Shown one piece after another: positions 54,101 to 64,000 of a DNA stretch of 64,000 nucleotides. The DNA is from Convolutriloba macropyga (lineage: Eukaryota). The translations under genes were made by a program, and so were the position numbers. The notes under the pieces are model-generated. The model had not been told where the DNA came from. It ran no database searches and saw nothing but the letters and a program-made list of their open reading frames with translations. Numbering within the stretch: position 1 is the stretch's first letter; each line of letters opens with the position of its first letter. The stretch covers positions 54,002,001 to 54,066,000 of the forward strand of contig NC_134475.1 in the NCBI RefSeq assembly GCF_964194025.1, read 5' to 3'.

Positions 54101-57100
54101 CCCCTAGTTGGCTGAATAGAGACTACAGAAAATTTAACGGAACAATTAGAAACATTCAAATTGGATTAATCATGAAATCCCCCAACTGCAGAATTGTTGA
54201 ACTTGGCTCCTAGTTGCCTCAAAAGAGACTACAGGAAAATATGCAAATAATGAGAAACATTCAAATTTTAATAACTTCATGAAATTTCTCAAGTGCGGAA
54301 TTGTTGAACGAGGCCCCTAGGTGGCTCAAAAGAGACTACAGAACATTTAATGGAAAAATTAGAAACTTTTAAAATGGATTAATCATGAATTTCCTCAACT
54401 GCAAAATTTGTGAATTTGGCTCCTAGTTTGTTCAATAGTTATTACGGAAAATAATTGAAAGAATAAGAAACCCTCAAAATAAATTGAGTGAAATTTTTGA
54501 ACTAATGAGAAACATTCAAATTTTATTAAATTCACGAAATTCCTCAACTGCGGTATTGTGAATTTGACTACTAGTTGGCTCACAAGTGATAACAGAAAAA
54601 ATATTGAAGGAATAAGAACCATTCCAAAAGAATTAAGTTAATTAAATTACTCAACTGCGGAGTTGTTGAATTTGGCCCCTAGTTGACTCAATAGAGACTA
54701 CAGAACATTTAATGGAACAATTAGAAACATTCAAATTGGATTGATCGTGAAAATCCTCAACTGCAGAATTGATGGATTTGGCCCATAGTTGGCTCAATAG
54801 AGACTACAAAAAAAATAAATAGTAGGAAAATAAATCTAATTGGCTAAATAGTGACTGCAGAATTGACGAATTTGGCTCCTAGTTGGCTCAATGGTGACTA
54901 CAGAAAAAGTCATGAAAGAATAAGAAGCATTCAAAATGAATTAAGTTCATTAAATTACTCAACTGCTGCGTTCTTGAATTTGGCCGCTAGTTGGCTCAAT
55001 AGAGACTACAAAATATTTATTGGAACAATTAGAAACATTAAAAATGGGTTAACCATGAAACTCATCAACTGCAGAAATCTTGAATTTGGCTCCCAGTTGG
55101 CTCACAAGTGACTACAGAAAAAAATTGAAAGAATAAGAGACATTCAAAATGAATCAAGTTCATTAAATTACTCAAATGCGGATTTGTTGAAATTGGCCCC
55201 TAGTTGGCTCAATAGAGACTACAGAACACTTAACGGAACAATTAGAAACGTTCAAATTGGATTAATCATTAAATTCTTCAACTGCAGAATTGTTGATTAT
55301 GTCCCATAGTTGGCTCAATAGAGAATAAACAATAAAAAATAAATAGTAGGAAACATTCAAAATGGGTATAGTTTTATGAAAATTCTCAATTGCAGAATTG
55401 TTGAATTTGGCCCCTAATTGGCTAATTAGGGATTACAGGAAAAATAATGAAACAGTAAGAAACAATCAAACTGAATTAAGTTCATTAAATTACTCAACTG
55501 CTGAATTGTTGAATTTGGCTCCTAGTTGGCTCACAAGTGACTACAGAAAAAAATTGAAAGAATAAGAGACATTCAAAATGAATCAAGTTCATTAAATTAC
55601 TCAAATGCGGATTTGTTGAAATTGGCCCCTAGTTGGCTCAATAGAGACTACAGAACACTTAACGGAACAATTAGAAACATTCAAATTGGATTAATCATGA
55701 AATTCTTCAACTGCAGAATTGTTGATTATGGCCCATAGTTGGCTCAATAGAGAATAAACAATAAAAAATAAATAGTAGGAAACATTCAAAATGGGTATAG
55801 TTTTATGAAAATTCTCAATTGCAGAATTGTTGAATTTGGCCCCTAATTGGCTAATTAGGGATTACAGGAAAAATAATGAAACAGTAAGAATTAATCAAAC
55901 TGAATTAAGTTCATTAAATTACTCAACTGCTGAATTGTTGAATTTGGCCCCTAGTTGGCTCAATAGAGACTACAAAACATTTATTGGAACAATTAGAAAC
56001 ATTGCGAATGGGTTAATCATGAAACTCATCAACTGCAGAAATCTTGAATTTGGCTTCTAGTTGCTCACAAGTGACTACAGAAAAAAACTGAAAGAATAAG
56101 AGACATTCAAAATGAATTAAGTTCATTAAATTACTCAACTGCTGCGTTCTTGAATTTGGCCCCTAGTTGGCTCAATAGAGACTACAAAATATTTATTGGA
56201 ACAATTAGAAACATTAAAAATGGGTTAACCATGAAACTCATCAACTGCAGAAATCTTGAATTTGGCTCCCAGTTGGCTCACAAGTGACTACAGAAAAAAA
56301 TTGAAAGAATAAGAGACATTCAAAATGAATCAAGTTCATTAAATTACTCAAATGCGGATTTGTTGAAATTGGCCCCTAGTTGGCTCAATAGAGACTACAG
56401 AACACTTAACGGAACAATTAGAAACATTCAAATTGGATTAATCATGAAATTCTTCAACTGCAGAATTGTTGATTATGGCCCATAGTTGGCTCAATAGAGA
56501 ATAAACAATAAAAAATAAATAGTAGGAAACATTCAAAATGGGTATAGTTTTATGAAAATTCTCAATTGCAGAATTGTTGAATTTGGCCCCTAATTGGCTA
56601 ATTAGGGATTACAGGAAAAATAATGAAACAGTAAGAAACAATCAAACTGAATTAAGTTCATTAAATTACTCAACTGCTGAATTGTTGAATTTGGCTCCTA
56701 GTTGGCTCACAAGTGACTACAGAAAAAAATTGAAAGAATAAGAGACATTCAAAATGAATCAAGTTCATTAAATTACTCAAATTCGGATTTGTTGAAATTG
56801 GCCCCTAGTTGGCTCAATAGAGACTACAAAACACTTAACGGAACAATTAGAAACATTCAAATTGGATTAATCATGAAATTCTTCAACTGCAGAATTGTTG
56901 ATTATGGCCCATAGTTGGCTCAATAGAGAATAAACAATAAAAAATAAATAGTAGGAAACATTCAAAATGGGTATAGTTTTATGAAAATTCTCAATTGCAG
57001 AATTGTTGAATTTGGCCCCTAATTGGCTAATTAGGGATTACAGGAAAAATAATGAAACAGTAAGAAACAATCAAACTGAATTAAGTTCATTAAATTACTC

Positions 57101-60100
57101 AACTGCTGAATTGTTGAATTTGGCCCCTAGTTGGCTCAATAGAGACTACAAAACATTTATTGGAACAATTAGAAACATTGCGAATGGGTTAATCATGAAA
57201 CTCATCAACTGCAGAAATCTTGAATTTGGCTTCTAGTTTTTTCACAAGTGACTACAGAAAAAAACTGAAAGAATAAGAGACATTCAAAATGAATTAAGTT
57301 CATTAAATTACCCAAATGCGGATTTGTTGAATTTGGCCCCTAGTTGGCTCAATAGAGACTACAGAACATTTAACGGAACAATTAGAAACATTCAAATTGG
57401 ATTAATCATGAAATTCTTCAACTGCAGAATTGTTGAAGTTGGCCCATAGTTGGCTCAATAGAGACTAAACAATAAAACATAAATAGTAGGAAACATTCAA
57501 AATGGGTATAGTTTCATGAAAATTCTCAATTGCAGAATTGTTGAATTTGGCCCCTAATTGGCTAATTAGGGACTACAGGAAAATAATGAAACAATAAAAA
57601 ACAATCAAACTGGATTAAGTTCATTAAATTACTCAACTGCTGAATTGTTGAATTTGGCTCCTAGTTGGCTCACAAATGACTACAGAAAAAGTAATGAAAT
57701 AATACAATACATTCAAATGGATTAAATTGAATTTTCTCAACTGCAGAATTGATGAATTCGGCTCCTGAATGGCTCAATAGAGACTACATAAAAATATTAA
57801 AACAATGATTAAGATTCAAATATTATTAACTTCATGAAATTCATCAACTGCGGAATTGTAAAATTTGACACCTAGTTGGCTCAATAGAGACGACAGAACA
57901 TTCATTGGATCAAAAAGAAACATTCAAAATGGTTTAATCATGAAAGTCCTCAACTGCAGAAAGGATTAATTTGGCTCCTAGTTATTTCACTGGTGACCAC
58001 AGAAAAAAAAACGAAGAATAAGAAACATTCAAGAATTATTATGTCAATAAATTACTCAACTGCAGGATTGATGAGGTTGGCCCATAGTTGGCTCAATTGA
58101 GACTACAGAAAAAAGTCAAACTGTAAAAAACATTCAACATGGGTGTAAGTGTTATGAAATTCCTCAATTGTAGAACTGTTGAATTTGTCCCCTAGTTGTC
58201 TCAATAGGGACTACAGGAAAAAATATGAATTAATACGAAACATTCGACGTGGATTATGTTCATTAAATTACTCACCTGTTGAATTGATGAAATTGGCTCC
58301 TAAATGGCTCACTGGTGACTACAGAAGAAATAAGGAAAGTTCATGAAATTCCTCAATTTCAGAAATTTTGAATTTGGCACCTAGTTGGCTCAATAAAACT
58401 ACAGAACAACCAATGAAACATTAAGAAACGTTCAAAATGGATCAAATTCATGAAATTCCTTAACAGCTGAACTGTTGAACTTGGCTCATAGTTGGCTCAA
58501 TAGGGAATACAGAAAAAAAAGAAACAATAAGGAAAATTCATAATGAATTAGGTTCATGGAAGTCCTCAATTGCTGAATCGTTGAATTTGGCTCCTAGTTG
58601 GCTCACTAGTGACTAGAGAACAACTAATGAAACAAAATGAAACATTAAGAATGTATTATGTTTATGAATTTACTCAACCGCAGAATTGTTGAACCTGGCA
58701 CCTAGTTGGCTCACTAATGACTGCAGAAACAATAATGAAACAATGACAAACATTTAAAATGGATTAAAATCATGAAGTTCCTCAATTGCTCAATGGAGAC
58801 TTAGTAAAAAATAATGAAACAATAGGGAACATTCAAAATGGACTGAGTCCGTGAAATTCCTTAATTGCTGAATTGTTGATCTTGACTCCTAGTTCACTCA
58901 ATAGAGACTAAAGAAAAAATAACGAATAAATAAAAAACATTCAAAATGGATTAATTTCGTGAATATCCTCAACTGTAGAAAATTTGAATTTGGGCCCCAT
59001 TTGGCTCAATAGAGACTACAGAACAAATAATGAAACAATAAGAAACATTCAAAATGGATTAAGTTCTTGAAATTCCTCAACTGCTGAACTGTTGAATTTG
59101 GCTCCTAGTTGGCTCATAGTAACTACAGAACAAATATTTAAACAATACGAAACACTCAAAATGGATTAAGTTCATGACTTTCCTCAAATGCAGAAATTTT
59201 GAGTTTTTCCCCTAGTTGGCTCAATAGAGACTACAGAAAAAATAAAGAAACAATAAGAAACATTGAAAACTTAGTAACTTCATTATTTTCGTCAACTGCT
59301 GAATCGCTGAATTTGGCTCCGTGTTGACTCACTAGTGACTACAGAAAAAATAATGAAACAATAAGAAGCTTTCAACATAGAATGAGTTCTTGAATTTCCT
59401 CAATTGCAGAAGTTTTGAATTTGGCCCCTAGTTGGCTCAATAAAGACTACAGAACAAACAATGAGACAAAAAACATTCAAAATGGGTTAAGTTCATGAAA
59501 TTCCTTAACAGCTGAACTGTTGAACTTGTCTCCTAGTTGGCTCAAAAGAGACTACAGAAAAAATCAAGAAACAATAAGGAACATTCAAAATGTATTAACT
59601 TCATAAAATTCCGCAACTGCAAAATTATTTAAATTGGCTCCATTTAGCTTACTAGTCACTACAGAAAAAATAATGAAACGAAAAGAAACTTTCAAAATAG
59701 ATTAAATTTATGAAATTACTCAATTGCAGAATTTTGATTTTGGCCCCTAGTGGGCTCAGTAGTAACCACAAAAAAAATAATGAAACAAAAAGAAACATTC
59801 AAGATGGATTAAGTTCATGACATTCCTCAATTGCAGAAATTTTGAATTTTGCACTTAGTTGGCTCAGTAGTGACTACAGAAAAAATAATGAACAATAAGA
59901 AGCTTTCAAAATAGATTAAGTTCATGAAATTTCTCGATTGCGGAAATTTTGAATTTGTCCCCTAGTTGGCTCAAGAAAGACTACAGAAAAAATAAGGAAA
60001 CAATGAGAAACATTCAAAACTTATTAATTTCATATATTGCGTCAACTGCAGAATTGATGATTTTGGCCCCTAGTTGGCTGAATAAAGACTACAGAACAAA

Positions 60101-61700
60101 CAATGAAACTTTAAAAAAAACATTCAAACTGGATTAAGTTCATGAAGTTCCTTAACAGCTGAACTGTTGAACTTGGCTACTGGTTGGCTCAATAGAGACT
60201 ACAGAAAAAATAAAGAAACAATAATGAACATTCAAAATAGATTAACTTCATGGAATTCCTCAACTGCAGAGTTTTTAAATTGGCTCCAATGGGCTGACTA
60301 GTCACTACAGAAAAAAAATGAAACGAAAAGAAGCTTTCAAAATAGATTAAATTCATGAAATTACTCAATAGCAGAAATTTTGAATTTGGCCCCTATTTGG
60401 CTCAATAAAGACTACAGAACAACCAATGAAACATTAAAGAACATTCAAAATGGATTAATTTCATGAAATCCTATAACAGCTGAACTGTTGAACTTGGCTC
60501 CTAGTTGGCTTAACAGAGACTACAGAACAAATAATGAAACAATAAGAAACATTCAAAATGGCTTAAGTTCATGAAATTCCTCAACTGTTGAGTTGTTGAA
60601 TTTGGCTACTAGTTGGCTCATAGTAACTACAGAACAAATAATTAAACAATACGAAACATTCAAATTGAATTAAGTTCATGACATTCCTCAAATGCAGAAA
60701 TTTTGAATTCGGCCCCTAGTTGGCTCAATAGAGACTACAGAAAAAAAAATGAAACAATAAGAAATTTTCAAAATAGATTAAGTTCATAAAATTCATCAAT
60801 TGAAGAAATATTGAATTTGGCTGCTAGTTGGCTCGATAAAGACTACAGAAAAAACAATGAAACATTTAAGAACATACAAAATGGATTAAGTTCATGAAAT
60901 TCCTTAACAGCTGAACTGTTGAACTTGGCTCCTAGTTGGCTCAATAAAGACTACAGAACAAATAATGAAACATTAAAAAACATTCAAAATGGATTAAGTT
61001 CATGAAATTTCTTAACAGCTGAAATGTTGAACTTGGATCCTAGTTGGCTCAAAAAAGACTACAGAAAAAATAATGAAACAATGAGAAACAATCAAAATTT
61101 AGTAATTTCATAAAATGCGTCAACTGCAGAATTGCTAAGGTTGGCCCATAGTTAGCTCGATAGAGACTACAAAACAAATAATGAAACAATAGGAAACATT
61201 CAAAATGGATTAAGGTCATGACATTCCTCAACTGCTGAATTGTTGAATTTGGCTCCTAGTTGACTCACTAGTGACTACAGAAAAAATAATGATACAATAA
61301 GAAATTTTCAAAATAGATTAAGTTCATATAATTCATCAATTGAAGAAATATTGAGTTCGGCCCCTAGTTGGCTCAAAAAAAACTTCAGAAAAAATAATGA
61401 AACAATAGGAGACATTCAAAATTTAGTAACTTCATAAAATTCGTCAACTGCAGAACTGCTGAATTTGGCCCCTAGTTGGCTCAATAGAGACTACAGATCA
61501 AATAATGAAACAATAAGAAACATTCAAAATGAATTAAGTTCATGAAATTCCTCAATGGCTGAATTGTTGAAGTTGGCTCCTAGTTGGCTCACTAGTGACT
61601 AGAGAACAAATAATGAAACAATAGAAACATTCAAAATAGATTAAGTTCATGAAATTCCTCAACTGCAGAATTGTTAAATTTGGCCTCTAGTTGTCTCAAT
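51105..61700. repeat. ~107-108-bp satellite array (~98 monomers, 10.6 kb)
   Basis: Consensus atgaaacaataagaaacattcaaaatggattaagttcatgaaattcctcaactgcagaattgttgaatttggcccctagttggctcaatagagactacagaaaaaata. Confidence 0.97.
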
Positions 61701-63800
61701 TAACAACAGTGTTTGCCTATGTTTGTGTATTAACAAAAACTGTTTTCTTCCATGAAAAACGTCGTGTTCGAAAAATTTTGTTGTGACAAAAAGCGCCAGT
61801 TGCATCTATGAAAACAAGATAGTCGACCGACTTTCCGTATTAACTGACGATGGTTCTAATAATTAAAACAAAATTGTTTCACATTTTTTGTGTAGTAACA
61901 GAGGTTAGTTGTATCTATGAAAGTGCCAACTATTCGGCCATTTTTGTATTTTAGTGGGCAAAAAAATTCCGTTAATTGAAAGACCGTGGTTGATCATACC
62001 GTGTAATAAAAAACAGCCATGCAAATTTTTTAGTTTTTTTGTGTTCAGCTTATTGTCTGGATCAATAGACATTTCTTTCCTTTCATATAATTAAACGGGA
62101 GAACTTAATTTGTGTGAAGAATGACAGCAATTACAATTTTGAAAACACCATAATTGGCCTTTTTGTGTACTTACAGACAGTGTTTACACTCAAAAATATC
62201 GTGTGGAACCAATTTTGTATATTAAAATACGGGCTTTCATTCAAGAAAACGCCGTGAAGGAACAATTTTGTGTCTGAATAGGGGGTGTTTCGTTATATGA
62301 AAATACCGTCGTAGATTATTTGAGTGTTAATACACGGTTCTTCTAATATTAAAAACACAGTCGTCAACAAATTGTCTGTTAATAATATCCACTGATTACA
62401 TCTAAGAAAATCCGGAATTTGGCTTTGTTTATTTAGAGACGGCAGTTCAATCTATGAAAATGACGTGGTCAACTTTTTTCAGATTGAAAAATACTGCAAT
62501 TCAATCTATGAAGTTACAGGGGTTCACCAATTTTGGCTGAAATAAGATGGTGGCTACATCTAAAAATTGAAGCTGTAAAACATTTTTTTTTAATTAATTA
62601 ACGGTTTATCCACGTAAAAAATACCGTGTTGTGAGATTGTCCATATTTTCAGACTGTGGTTCTGTCGTTGAAGACACGTAGTCGACTATATTTGCGTTAT
62701 AATAAAAATTTACCTTTATTAAAATACACAAATTGTGCACAACGAAAGACTACGTACCACTTTTATAACAGCACGGACCCGAGTGTCAGAGACGATGGTC
62801 TGGACATGGACGCACGAAAGTCTGGACATATACTGTTTCGGTCTGGGATGGTCTGGACATATTTGTCTTCGAACGCACGAAGAAGGAGTGCACGATGGTC
62901 TGGACAAGAACGCACGAAAGTCTGGACATATACTGTTTCGGTCTGGGATGGTCTGGACATATTTGTCTTCGAACGCACGAAGAACGCACGAAAAATTTTG
63001 AACGCACGAAAGTCTGGACATATCCACTTTCCGTCTGGGACGGTCTGGACATAGGCACTTTGAGTCTGGGACGGTCTGGACATAGGCACTTTCCGTCTGG
63101 ACCTGTCTGGACATATCCACTTTGGGTCTGGGACCTCAGCCTGGGTCAGAGACTTTCATTACTGAATCAGTATACTCCAATAGTATATCGACGATTCAGT
63201 ACTGAATCAGAGTGACCTAAGGGTACTTTGTTAGCCAAGTATGTTCAGTATAAACCCAGAAAGCATTTCTTTTCTGAAAGTAGGATGAACATGATGATTG
63301 GATTCTTTCATAATGTTCATAGAGTTTTCAGAAAAAAAATGAATTTTTCGAATCGAACTCAAAAATTTTGGTTGAGCATGAAAACGCTATTTATTCAATA
63401 TTCTGACTCTGGTAATTGCACTCCTGGTCCAGATTACCAGATGACAGATTACAGCGTGTGTAAACTATGTGTTTTCTAAAACGATAGTTCCCTCTATAAA
63501 AGAACTGGGCGCACAATTTTTTATGGCCAGTGTTTACATCTAAGAAAAAAAGAAGGCCGAACAACTTTGTGTCTAAATTGGTTTTATCTATGAACATGCC
63601 CTGTTCGGCCAATTTTGTGCATTAAGAAACAGTTATTCTAAATAAAAATAATTGGTCGATAATTTTTGGGTGTTATTTGATGGCAGTTTCATCTATGGAA
63701 TAACACTGAGCAACCGAATTTCTGAATGAAAAAACAGTAGCTCCACATATACAAACATTGTGAGCCGTCAAATGTTTGTATTAAAATATGGTGTCTTGTG
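61700..63800. repeat. Old, highly degenerate ~60-bp tandem repeat interrupted by insertions
   Basis: Recurrent atctatgaaaa...aattttgtgt motifs at ~58-60 bp spacing, 61700-62760 and 63450-63800. Confidence 0.5.
62794..63145. mobile_element. Right end of a CCCAGG-family element with gtctggacat tandem repeats
   Basis: Ends tttgggtctgggacctcagcctggg like 41418; near-identical internal repeats; flanked by tcagagac on both sides. Confidence 0.6.
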
Positions 63801-64000
63801 TACAAATTGACATTGCTCCTTTCATTGAAACGTTTGGGTTCACCAATATTGTTTACAAATTGACTGTTGTTCCATCAATAAAAAAGACGCGGTCTACTCT
63901 TTCCTTGTGTACACAGGATGAGCCATTTTCCAATTCAGTAGACAACTTTTCCATCAATAAAAAAACGTATCCGAGCGACTTTGAGATCTCATAGACATTG

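Noticed and set aside
51426-63215. Short ORFs in satellites and subterminal repeats
   Set aside because: By-products of repeat periodicity with no protein motifs

Overview
AT-rich animal (invertebrate-type) genomic DNA dominated by repeats, with one assembly gap (2282-3166). The only well-supported host gene is a minus-strand rhodopsin-class GPCR. Its two visible exons (28819-28290 and 13975-13495) splice in frame across a 14.3-kb intron. That intron holds a decayed full-length Ty3/gypsy LTR retrotransposon (14199-20840, GAAAT target-site duplication), a ~1-kb tandem duplication with repair scars, and a fossil CMC/EnSpm(CACTA)-type transposase. Elsewhere there are: a fossil Polinton/Maverick virion module (packaging ATPase, penton, core protein, major capsid protein) at ~5.9-8.8 kb; many non-autonomous CCC/CAC-ended DNA elements with 2-bp TSDs, one family of which carries an internal tRNA-like Pol III A/B-box cassette; an RTE-like LINE 5' remnant with a near-canonical HDV-like self-cleaving ribozyme on the strand opposite its endonuclease; and three satellite arrays (~22 bp, 43 bp, ~107-108 bp), two with higher-order structure. 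All protein-family calls come from motifs I read by eye in frameshifted sequence, not from database searches.
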